From: a virus
Reading direction: 5' to 3' (one strand)
DNA length: 64,000 nt
Virus record (IMG/VR): IMGVR_UViG_3300027996_000014
Coordinates: 1 to 64,000 of that record
A program made the translations under genes and the position numbers. Of the stretch, positions 47,089-56,470 are shown one piece after another. The notes beneath the pieces are model-generated. The model saw only the letters and a program-made list of their open reading frames with translations. It was not told the DNA's origin and made no database searches. The first letter of the stretch is position 1. Each line of letters begins with the position of its first letter.

Positions 47089-48228
47089 ATGGAAAATTAC
47101 TTACACCTTACTGTAGATATAAGAAGAAATAATAATACAATATTAGATATTGATTTATATTTTGAAAATAAATTTATTGTTGAGGCAGAAGATTTTTTAA
47201 TCTCTAAAAACAAATATAAATTAAAAAAAAATGATAAAATTTTCTTTTTACCTGGGGTTAATATACCAAGAGTAAAAATTAAAAATTTAACATTTACTCA
47301 AGGGATTAAAAGTATACGTGATGTTAAAAAAGCAGATGCTGTTTTTATGAGTGATTTAACTTTTGGTAAAATGGTAGAAAATGATTTTACTTATACTATG
47401 CCAGTAACTATATTTAAAAATTATATTGAAATTATAGAAAATGAATTAAGTTCTGAACAAATAGAATATGTAATAAAATCATTAGAGTCTTATAAATTTG
47501 ATAATATAATTATGACTGGAAATACTTATAGAAGTATGGCAAATGATAATTTAAATGTTATTAAAAATAATCCTAAAATTTATAATGAAATTGTAGATAA
47601 TGTTAGTTCATCATATCTTAAAATTTTAAAAGAAGAACATATTGACACATATAATTATTTAATTGGTAAAGAAATATTTGATGAATCATGTATAATTGAA
47701 ATGTTAAATGGAAATGACGCATTAACTATTGATAAAAAAGTATTTCAACAATTAGAGTCTATGCTTGATAGTGATGATTCTGAAAATCATACAATTGCTA
47801 TGGAAATAATGGCAAATTGTGAATATAAAAGTAGTCTTTTACATTTAATGATTTTGTTTGAAAAATTTAATGATATTTTTTCTAGAAGTAAATTTAAAAA
47901 TCACATTAATTTTAAATCATTGTTATCGTATTTAGATATGACACCTAGTAATATACATGTTCGTTTAGATACTGTAATTGAATTATTTATTAAAAGAGAA
48001 GCATTAACTGAAGAATGGGCAGATGTAATATTAAAAAATTATGATTATAGAATCAGAATGGGAGAATCTAAATATTTTAAATGTCATACAGTAACTCTTG
48101 ATAATGAAGCATTAAAATTTTTAAATATTAATTATAAAAGACAATTAACAGATGATTTTGTTCCTGTTGTTGTAGAAAAAGTAGAAGAAGTAGAAGAAAC
48201 CGTTTCTTCTAGTATAGTATGGATATAA
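47089..48228 (+). CDS. hypothetical protein of the MoxR/VWA cluster
   Basis: 379 aa, coupled to the ATPase. Confidence 0.6.
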   Translation: MENYLHLTVDIRRNNNTILDIDLYFENKFIVEAEDFLISKNKYKLKKNDKIFFLPGVNIPRVKIKNLTFTQGIKSIRDVKKADAVFMSDLTFGKMVENDFTYTMPVTIFKNYIEIIENELSSEQIEYVIKSLESYKFDNIIMTGNTYRSMANDNLNVIKNNPKIYNEIVDNVSSSYLKILKEEHIDTYNYLIGKEIFDESCIIEMLNGNDALTIDKKVFQQLESMLDSDDSENHTIAMEIMANCEYKSSLLHLMILFEKFNDIFSRSKFKNHINFKSLLSYLDMTPSNIHVRLDTVIELFIKREALTEEWADVILKNYDYRIRMGESKYFKCHTVTLDNEALKFLNINYKRQLTDDFVPVVVEKVEEVEETVSSSIVWI

Positions 48229-48238
48229 ATTAAATAAA

Positions 48239-48760
48239 ATGGAAATAAAATGGATTTTTAGCAGGAGTTTGTCTAATGAACTTAAATTAGAATTTCCTGA
48301 ATTTATTACACATATTCCTCAAACTAAAAAAAAATGGATAAAAATTGGATATAATAAATTATATGCAAGTGGTCATTTCTCTATGCGAGCAGCATTAGTT
48401 GCTACAATGCATAGATATATAGAAAAGAATATTCCAGACAATTTAATAATTAGATCACCTATTGAAACATCATTAATCGTTTACGCTCCCATTAATTTTG
48501 GGAATGTAAAACGATTAACTGATAAAAAAACAGGTAATAAGTATATAAGTTGGAAACCTGCTAGAGATGATTATGAACCTAATTGGGACATTGGAAACTT
48601 AGCACTAGTTTGGTTAAAGTGTTTAGATGATGTAGTTGTAAAAAAGAATATTATTAAAGATGATAGTATTGCATATTTAACAAAAACATCATATGAATTT
48701 AGAGAAGTAAAAACGATGAAAGAAAGAAAATTAGTATACACTTTAAAAACTATAAAATAA
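48239..48760 (+). CDS. RusA-like Holliday junction resolvase
   Basis: WDIGNL...KCLDD...IIKDDS matches the RusA DxDN..K...D...DD pattern. Confidence 0.65.
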   Translation: MEIKWIFSRSLSNELKLEFPEFITHIPQTKKKWIKIGYNKLYASGHFSMRAALVATMHRYIEKNIPDNLIIRSPIETSLIVYAPINFGNVKRLTDKKTGNKYISWKPARDDYEPNWDIGNLALVWLKCLDDVVVKKNIIKDDSIAYLTKTSYEFREVKTMKERKLVYTLKTIK

Positions 48761-48761
48761 T

Positions 48762-49778
48762 ATGGAAGAAAATTATAGAAAAATTAAAAAAGTTAACCAG
48801 AGTACTTTAAAAAAAATACTGGTTAGTCCTCAAGCATATATTAGAGCTAGAGATAAAGTCGATGAGGAGGGAGTAACACCTGAACATTTTGTATTTGGTA
48901 GAATGGTGGATGATATGTTGCTGAATCCCTCTGAAATTGACAATCTTTATTATGTAATGGATGATGTAGGAACAAGTAATGCAATTAAAGAGATTATTAG
49001 AAATGTTTATGATTTTGCAAAACTAGAAAATAATATTACATTAATTGTTGATCCAAAATTAGAAGATGCTATTTTAAACGCATGTGAAATGTATAATTAT
49101 CAACCTAGGTATAAACCAGAAACTAAAATTAGTAAGATTCAAGAATTAGGAGGAACTTATTTTAATTCATTAAATAACGCAGGAAAAAAAACTATTGTTT
49201 CTAAAGAAGATTATAATAGTGCAACTATTTGCGTAGCTGCTTTAAAAACTGATAAATATATAAGTAAGTATTTTTCAAAAGCAAAAGAAGTTGAAAATTT
49301 AGATAGATTTATTATGGAATTTGAACTAAAAGGAATACCTTGTAAAGGAGAACTTGATAGAATACATATTAATCATTCAGAAAAGATTATTCGACCTATT
49401 GATTTTAAATATACTGGTAAATCAGTTCTAGGGTTTAAATTTGATTTCTGGAAATATAGATATGATTTCCAAGGTGCATTTTATACAATGGGTATATTAA
49501 GGAATGATAAAATTAAAGCTTTAGTATTAGAAGGTTATAAATTATTACCCTTTCAATATATTGTTGTAGAAAAAGATATGAATAATTTGCCGATGATTTT
49601 TGAATTTACAGATAGCATTATTAGTATGGGTCAACTTGGCGGAACATTTCCTAATGGTAAAGTCATAGAAGGTATTTCTCAAGCATTAGAAAAATATGTA
49701 TATCATAATAAAACTGATAATTGGGATTATTCAAAAGAGTATATTGATAGTGGAGGAAAAGTAATGCTAACTTTATAA
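48762..49778 (+). CDS. PD-(D/E)XK exonuclease (RecE/DUF3799-like)
   Basis: NQSTLK, FGRMVD, KGELD, IDFK, YDFQGAFY. Confidence 0.8.
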   Translation: MEENYRKIKKVNQSTLKKILVSPQAYIRARDKVDEEGVTPEHFVFGRMVDDMLLNPSEIDNLYYVMDDVGTSNAIKEIIRNVYDFAKLENNITLIVDPKLEDAILNACEMYNYQPRYKPETKISKIQELGGTYFNSLNNAGKKTIVSKEDYNSATICVAALKTDKYISKYFSKAKEVENLDRFIMEFELKGIPCKGELDRIHINHSEKIIRPIDFKYTGKSVLGFKFDFWKYRYDFQGAFYTMGILRNDKIKALVLEGYKLLPFQYIVVEKDMNNLPMIFEFTDSIISMGQLGGTFPNGKVIEGISQALEKYVYHNKTDNWDYSKEYIDSGGKVMLTL

Positions 49779-49792
49779 AATGATAATTAAAA

Positions 49793-50410
49793 ATGAGCTA
49801 TGTAAAATATACAAAAACCTCTACTTTCTTATTTCCTTTATTGGACATAAGTAAATCATTATTTAAATGTGACATTAAAAAGAATGATAAGCAAATAATG
49901 ACTACTAGGTTTTTAAATGCTTTTTTAAATGATAAAGATTTAAATAATACTTTATACAATGATGGACCATTTGTTTTCATTGTAATTAAACCATATCAAG
50001 ATATAGATTTTGATAAATTTCATTCAGATCTTATAGTTTTAGACAACTATGTAGATGAATATATTAAAAACAATTACCTAGTCATGTTATTTAAAATTAA
50101 AGATAAATACATGAAAGACTATGAATTAATTCTTAAAGGAAAATATTCAAAAGTTTCAAAAGCTGGTAAAAAAATAATAAACAATAATTCTTATTTTTCT
50201 GGACAATCGCATATTGTTCCATTAATCTTACGAAAAGCAGAAGAACTAAAAGAAAGTTGGCAAAGACGCTTAACTGCAGACAATAAAATAATAGATCTTG
50301 GCGATCAAGAGGTATGGGGAATATTAGATATGGAAAAAGAGAATTTGACAAAAGAAATAATAATGGAATACTCTTATTCAAAAATAAGTACTGTAGCTAT
50401 TAAATTATAA
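49793..50410 (+). CDS. conserved hypothetical protein
   Basis: TKTSTFLFPLL...GKYSK; 205 aa. Confidence 0.6.
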   Translation: MSYVKYTKTSTFLFPLLDISKSLFKCDIKKNDKQIMTTRFLNAFLNDKDLNNTLYNDGPFVFIVIKPYQDIDFDKFHSDLIVLDNYVDEYIKNNYLVMLFKIKDKYMKDYELILKGKYSKVSKAGKKIINNNSYFSGQSHIVPLILRKAEELKESWQRRLTADNKIIDLGDQEVWGILDMEKENLTKEIIMEYSYSKISTVAIKL

Positions 50411-50413
50411 TCT

Positions 50414-51100
50414 ATGGCTAATAAGAAAGAATTTTGGATAGAAAAACTAGGTAAAAAATGGACTATGCAACTAAAAAATATGTTGCGTAGTCCTTACTCT
50501 ACTAAATTAATGAACTTTATTACTATAGAATATGCAATGAATGATATTGAACCTTATAAGGTAGATATGTTTAATGCTTATAAATTATGTAAATGGGAAG
50601 ATTTAAAAATTGTAATCATTGGTGATAAACCTTATACTACTACAACATCTAATGGATTAGCGTATAGTAATAAGTTTCTTTCTCAGTTTTATTCTGCAGA
50701 AATAAGTATAATCCACGATTGCTTAGAAAAAGAGTATTATAAAGATGGGTTTTATTTAGATTTTGATTTTAGTTTAGAAAATTGGGCAAAACAAGGAGTA
50801 TTTCTCATTAATAAACAATTGACTACTAGAATTAAAGATGATGAAAACATTCATAAAAAACCTTGGAGTAAATTTATATCTGCAACATTAAATGCAATAG
50901 TAGAATATAAACCAGGTACTATTTTTATATTATGGGGAAAAGAAGCTCAATTATTAGAACCACATTTAAAAAATATGTATATTCTAAAATATGATCATCC
51001 TTCTAAATATGTAGATAGTAATAAAGATTGGAATTGTCCAAACTTTAAAGAAGCTGATAAAATCTTAATAGATTTATACGGAGAAACAGTTAAATGGTAA
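50414..51100 (+). CDS. uracil-DNA glycosylase family 1-like, atypical active site
   Basis: KIVIIGDKPY, NGLAY, WAKQGVFLIN, FILWGKEAQ, HPS. Confidence 0.8.
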   Translation: MANKKEFWIEKLGKKWTMQLKNMLRSPYSTKLMNFITIEYAMNDIEPYKVDMFNAYKLCKWEDLKIVIIGDKPYTTTTSNGLAYSNKFLSQFYSAEISIIHDCLEKEYYKDGFYLDFDFSLENWAKQGVFLINKQLTTRIKDDENIHKKPWSKFISATLNAIVEYKPGTIFILWGKEAQLLEPHLKNMYILKYDHPSKYVDSNKDWNCPNFKEADKILIDLYGETVKW

Positions 51101-51130
51101 AAAAAGGAACACTTAAGTTCCTTTTTTTTA
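51099..51130. terminator. bidirectional terminator between convergent operons
   Basis: A-run GGAAC-actta-aGTTCC T-run. Confidence 0.8.
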
Positions 51131-51131
51131 T

Positions 51132-54100
51132 TTACCATACTTTATCTCCAGTTCTATATAATCTAATTGCTTGTGAAACACCAGGAATTGCTTCTCCTGT
51201 ATGTACAAGTGCTTTATTACGTCCTTTAAAAGGTCCTGATATAAAATCTTCATTATCAATATCATCATCATAAAACTTTTGTACATCACCACCTATTTTA
51301 TATACATCAGTTACTATTTGAAATACAGGTAACATTGTTTGACTAATTTTATCAAACTGCATAGGGTTAGTATAAAAACTAATATCAGTTTGTAATCTAT
51401 TTATTTGATTCATCAAAAAGTTTGATACAAAATTCTTCTTTTCATCATCATCTCCTCCAGATATTGCTCTTAGTAATAAACCAAAACCTGCTAATGCTAA
51501 CATTAAATAAAGTTCAGTCATATTCTTACGCATATTTGCTGCATCAGTTTTAGTAAATTTATTTGTACCAACATATTTGTCATCAAACTGAGTTTTTTGA
51601 AATAATGCTTTTCTTGCTAATTGTTTAATTGTAAATAATGTATCATTAATTACACTACCTTCAGTCTGCATACCAAAAATTTTACCCCCCAGATAACCAG
51701 CTCCAGCTCCAATAGCAGTTCCTATTCCAGGAAGAAACATTGTACCCACAGTAGCTCCTGTAGCTACTAGTTGTCCTTTTGTATAACTTTTATATCTACC
51801 TTTACGTATAAATGGTTCATCCATACCGTAACTAAGTGCCCAATCTGTTTTTTCAGTTTCAAATCTATTTGCAAATCCTTCAAACATCCATGTACGGAAT
51901 TGAGAAATAGCTCTTCCAAAAACAGTAGCTTTTATTTGTAATGCATTATTATAATCACCGTGATTCATTTCAATGACTCTTTTTATCTTTTGAATAAGCT
52001 TAAGTTCATTAAAAGATTTACCTTTAACATCTTTAGCAGTAAATCCTTCTTTTAATTGTCCATCTATACCATAAGCATCCCATAAACTTACTTCTTTACC
52101 ATCTGGATCAGATGCTTTAGATTCAAGCATTAATGCAATCATCACAGGAGCATAATTAAGGTACTCTGAACGTTCTTGCATTGCATATGGTCCAAATCTA
52201 CTTAATGGGTTTTTTTTACCTGGAATACCTTTAAAAAGTTCTTTATTAGTAGTTTGAAGTAAATCCCATTGATCCATCATTGTTCTAATCTTAAGAGCAT
52301 TACCGTTAATGCCTTCCCAAGTGTTAAAAGATGCATTTCTACCAATTGAATTATTAGTCAACATATAAGCTTTTCTTAAAGTAGCCATTGAATAAAGTCT
52401 TCCATCAGATCCTTCTATGATATTTGATATTACACCAAATCCAATATTAGAAAATGCTGAAAATGTATTCCAACCTAATCCTTTTAATGTCATATATTTA
52501 AGAAGCGTATCACCTACACCACTAACTGTAACAACAGCTCCTAGTTTTTCTAATTCTTGTTTAAGAATTTCTTCGTCTTCTTCCGTAATTTCTCCTGCTA
52601 ATAAATTTTCTATTTCTTTTTTACGTGCTGTTTCTTTACTATTATAAACTTTTTTTGTACTAGCACCTTCTACTTTTCTACTTGCAATACCATAAAATGA
52701 TTCATTAACAAAGAAATCAAGTGCAGATTTTAAATTACCTCCACTTTTTTTATCTTCTACAACTTTTCCATCTTTTGTTAATATTTCACCTTTACTATTA
52801 ACTTCACCTGGAGATAATTGATTAAATTTATCAACTGCCATTTCAACTGAAGCTTGAATAGCAGATTTATGTTTATGTGCTAATGTACTTAATGTAAAAG
52901 CTTTCATTAATTTAGCAATATCCCAAGATCTTTCGTTAGATAATGAATTTCTAATTTCATTTTTAAACTTTGAAACTTGTTCTCTACTAGGATTTTCTCC
53001 GTTTTCTTGTTTATATTTAATTATTCGTACTTTAACTAAGTTTGAAACTTTAGATTCTATATCTTCAACAAATGGTACAGCTACATTTTTAGATATTTGT
53101 TTACTATTAGGATTTATATCAGCTTTAACTTCTGTAGCAAAATCAGTTGTAGTAAAAGATTCTTTCATCTTATCCCAAAAAGGAACAACTCCCATCATTA
53201 CACCTTTTTCTGAAAAAGTTTCCATTAAACTTTTTTCAATATACGGAAGTACTCCTACTCCTAATTTAGCTCGTACATCTTTAGGTAATGAATATTTCAA
53301 AGTATTCATTGTTTCAGTAATGTAATTATACCAATTTAAAATATCTTCATTTGCTTCTATTTTTGCAAAATTTGTATCATACCAACCTGTTTCATTATTA
53401 TTAATATCAAATTTCTTAGGTATTTGTACTGAATATTCTCTAATTCCTTTAGGAGCATAAAAACTATCTTTTCTTCCTTCATTTTTTTTCTTACGAAGAG
53501 CAGGATTTTCTTGCATTGCTAATCCATAATAAGGAGAAAATTCTTTTTGTTGTTCTGCAAAAAACTCATCTCTTTCAGCTTGAGATTGATTAGATAAATC
53601 AGTTTGCATTGCTTCATAATATACATCTCGCATCGTTCTATACTTCTCTATCTTCTTCTCTTGTTGTTCCATATAAAACTTAAACCCTTTTTCACCAAGA
53701 TGTGCTTTAAGTTCTTCTATATGTGCTGCTTTTCTTTTTTTTATAACTTCAGCACTTTCATCGTTTTTAAATAGGAATTTATCTGGTAAATTTGATCCGT
53801 CAGCATGAGAGTCTTCAAATAATAATCTAACATCAAAAGTTATAGTATTTTTAGTTACCCAATTAAAAAAAGCATCTACATCTTTTTTATCTTTTTTTGG
53901 TAATCCATTTGGTCCTAATTCTTTAAAAGCTTTTTGTATTAAATTATTACGAGTAGCATAAAATTCATGAGCAAATCTATGAGTCATTCTACTAGTTTCT
54001 AGGCCATCTTTAGTAAGTTGTTTTAATATATCATTACTATTACCTGTAGCTTGATTAAACTTTTTAGATAGCTTATCTATTTTATCCCATTCTACATTTG

Positions 54101-56459
54101 CTTCTTCTTGAGCTTTTGTATTAGCTTCTTGTACACCTAAGAATATAGCTTGTAATAGATTATTATCATGTCTTGCAATGTTTAATACTCTAGAACTTAT
54201 TCCATTTACATCGCTTACTAATTTAAATATTTCTTCGTCAGTTAAATTTTCATCGGTGTATTCTCTTACAAACTCTCCAATATATTTTTTCTGTAAAATA
54301 TTTAATTTTCGTTGAAGATCTTCAGCATTTGATTTTCTAAGTCTAAATGCTGCACGAATAGATTCTGTATTAAATTCATCTTGATCTAACATTAAATGCT
54401 CATTAGGAGCCATTGAAAAATCACCTGCTTTTAACCATAAATCTACTATTCGTTGACCATATTGAACATTGTCAGCACTAATTGCAGAATCATCTAACAT
54501 TCTTCTTACTTCTTCTAATTGTCTATCTGCTATTTTTAAAACACCTTCATGTGAGGAAAGTTCACTACTTAATTTTATAAAACGATCAGCTCCTGTACGT
54601 TCATCATCACGTATATTTTTTAAGTTTACCAATTTACGAGTAATTTTAGCTGACTCTTCTAGATTACCTATATTGTCATTTAATTCTCGTCTTAAACTAA
54701 TAATTTCACTATCAATTTTACGTTTTCTTATAGTCTCAGCATTTACTAATTGACTATTAGCAGTAGGTAATAAAAAATCTATATCATCACTTATATCTTG
54801 AGTCTTTTGATCTAAAGTAACTTCATTCCAAGTATTACCGTGTTCATCAGTAACTTGTTTAGTATCATATAACTTATTAAGAATATTAGTAACTCTATTA
54901 GAATAGAAAGCTTCAATAGGTTTAAGTTTTTCTAAACCCTGAGTTTTCATTTCTGCTTTTCTTGCTTCATCTTTTTTAATTTCTGACTCTAATTCTTTTA
55001 AAGATTGTGTTGGTTCATTAGAACCTTCTTCTTTATACTGTCCCTTTTCTATTCTCTCTTTACCTGCTTTTATAGAATTATCAATTCTAATAATCTCATC
55101 AGCAATAGTTTCATGCCCTTCTACCTTAGCAGCAGTATCACCAGTAGGAAATAGTACTTTTTCATATCCTTTTTTAATACTATCTTGAACAATAGATTCT
55201 ATAAAGAAGTTAACCCAGTTACCTTTTTTGTTTAATAGTTGTAGGAATTGGTTTTGTTGTGAATTAGAATCTTGTGTTTTACCCCATCTTTCTGATTCTT
55301 CCCATTCTCCTGTTTGTTGATTAAAAACACCATCAGATATATCACCTCCAATCAAATCTTTCTTATCCCTCCCTTTCTGAAATAAATCAGATTGTACTTC
55401 TAGTATTCTACGAGTTTTAGTAGGAGTACCCCCCTTAGTAATAGGTCTACCTCTATATACAGGCTCTGGTCTTCCCTCATCATCAAAAGTTAGTTCTTCC
55501 TCTATAAGTTCTCCTTGAACTGTTTTTACAGTTCCCCCTTCAACTTCTTCATCACTTCTAAACCAACCTATACCTTTATCTGTACTAAAACCAGCATGTC
55601 CTTTGATATTAGGAGTAATTCCTGGTGTAGCTATTTCATTTTCTGTATAGTTAGTACCTCCTGGAACTGTTAGATTAGCGTAGTATTTAGCACTTCCTGT
55701 AGGCACTTCCAGCTCATTGTCATCAGCGTAAAAATCATAAGGTTTATCGCTTTTATCTTTAGCAACATTAACCTCAACAACAAAACTATTTTCAGCTAAT
55801 AAAGAAGTAATTATTTCTTCTCTATTGGTTAACTTTTTATCTAAAATAATTTGTTTTTGTGCTTTGGGTATTTGTAGTTCTGTAAGAATTTTATTTAAAT
55901 CCCAACCAGCTTTTTTGCCTTTATTAAATATTTGTATAGCCTTATCAGATGATAAAATATTAGTAGATTTTAAATTATAACTAATAGGTAAATAATCAAT
56001 ATTATCTGCATTTGGTTTAAAATCACCATTTTCATCAAAGTATCCAGATTGTTGTTCAGACAATGATGGCGTAAATGAATCGTAATTTATTTGTGCATCA
56101 TACCCCTCTACTCTAAGAATAGGGTTTTTTCTAGCAAGCTTTTGTCTAGATGCTTCATTTCCTCTTGAAAGATAATTAGGATTAAGTGTTACATCAAAAG
56201 TATTTCCGTAAATACGAGTATGTACGAATGAATGAGCAGTTCCATTCTTAGAATTATATTTAGCTAATCTATCTGCCATTGAGCTAAAATCTTCAGTCTT
56301 TGACTTAAAACCTATAGCTTTTTTAATTTCTGTAATAGTTTTAACATTAGGAATAGTATAATTATTGGCTACAAATGCCATTTTTGCTAATCTTTCTCCT
56401 GATTGAGAAACTAAAATTTTCCATTCTTTACTATTTTTGTTTGGACAATTTGCTGCCAT
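51132..56459 (-). CDS. giant virion (ejected/cargo) protein
   Basis: 1775 aa; N-terminal CPNKNSKEWK typical of crAss giant proteins; QFRTW motif and hydrophobic C-terminal segments; next to vRNAP. Confidence 0.7.
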   Translation of the reverse strand: MAANCPNKNSKEWKILVSQSGERLAKMAFVANNYTIPNVKTITEIKKAIGFKSKTEDFSSMADRLAKYNSKNGTAHSFVHTRIYGNTFDVTLNPNYLSRGNEASRQKLARKNPILRVEGYDAQINYDSFTPSLSEQQSGYFDENGDFKPNADNIDYLPISYNLKSTNILSSDKAIQIFNKGKKAGWDLNKILTELQIPKAQKQIILDKKLTNREEIITSLLAENSFVVEVNVAKDKSDKPYDFYADDNELEVPTGSAKYYANLTVPGGTNYTENEIATPGITPNIKGHAGFSTDKGIGWFRSDEEVEGGTVKTVQGELIEEELTFDDEGRPEPVYRGRPITKGGTPTKTRRILEVQSDLFQKGRDKKDLIGGDISDGVFNQQTGEWEESERWGKTQDSNSQQNQFLQLLNKKGNWVNFFIESIVQDSIKKGYEKVLFPTGDTAAKVEGHETIADEIIRIDNSIKAGKERIEKGQYKEEGSNEPTQSLKELESEIKKDEARKAEMKTQGLEKLKPIEAFYSNRVTNILNKLYDTKQVTDEHGNTWNEVTLDQKTQDISDDIDFLLPTANSQLVNAETIRKRKIDSEIISLRRELNDNIGNLEESAKITRKLVNLKNIRDDERTGADRFIKLSSELSSHEGVLKIADRQLEEVRRMLDDSAISADNVQYGQRIVDLWLKAGDFSMAPNEHLMLDQDEFNTESIRAAFRLRKSNAEDLQRKLNILQKKYIGEFVREYTDENLTDEEIFKLVSDVNGISSRVLNIARHDNNLLQAIFLGVQEANTKAQEEANVEWDKIDKLSKKFNQATGNSNDILKQLTKDGLETSRMTHRFAHEFYATRNNLIQKAFKELGPNGLPKKDKKDVDAFFNWVTKNTITFDVRLLFEDSHADGSNLPDKFLFKNDESAEVIKKRKAAHIEELKAHLGEKGFKFYMEQQEKKIEKYRTMRDVYYEAMQTDLSNQSQAERDEFFAEQQKEFSPYYGLAMQENPALRKKKNEGRKDSFYAPKGIREYSVQIPKKFDINNNETGWYDTNFAKIEANEDILNWYNYITETMNTLKYSLPKDVRAKLGVGVLPYIEKSLMETFSEKGVMMGVVPFWDKMKESFTTTDFATEVKADINPNSKQISKNVAVPFVEDIESKVSNLVKVRIIKYKQENGENPSREQVSKFKNEIRNSLSNERSWDIAKLMKAFTLSTLAHKHKSAIQASVEMAVDKFNQLSPGEVNSKGEILTKDGKVVEDKKSGGNLKSALDFFVNESFYGIASRKVEGASTKKVYNSKETARKKEIENLLAGEITEEDEEILKQELEKLGAVVTVSGVGDTLLKYMTLKGLGWNTFSAFSNIGFGVISNIIEGSDGRLYSMATLRKAYMLTNNSIGRNASFNTWEGINGNALKIRTMMDQWDLLQTTNKELFKGIPGKKNPLSRFGPYAMQERSEYLNYAPVMIALMLESKASDPDGKEVSLWDAYGIDGQLKEGFTAKDVKGKSFNELKLIQKIKRVIEMNHGDYNNALQIKATVFGRAISQFRTWMFEGFANRFETEKTDWALSYGMDEPFIRKGRYKSYTKGQLVATGATVGTMFLPGIGTAIGAGAGYLGGKIFGMQTEGSVINDTLFTIKQLARKALFQKTQFDDKYVGTNKFTKTDAANMRKNMTELYLMLALAGFGLLLRAISGGDDDEKKNFVSNFLMNQINRLQTDISFYTNPMQFDKISQTMLPVFQIVTDVYKIGGDVQKFYDDDIDNEDFISGPFKGRNKALVHTGEAIPGVSQAIRLYRTGDKVW

Positions 56460-56470
56460 ATTTTATTTTT

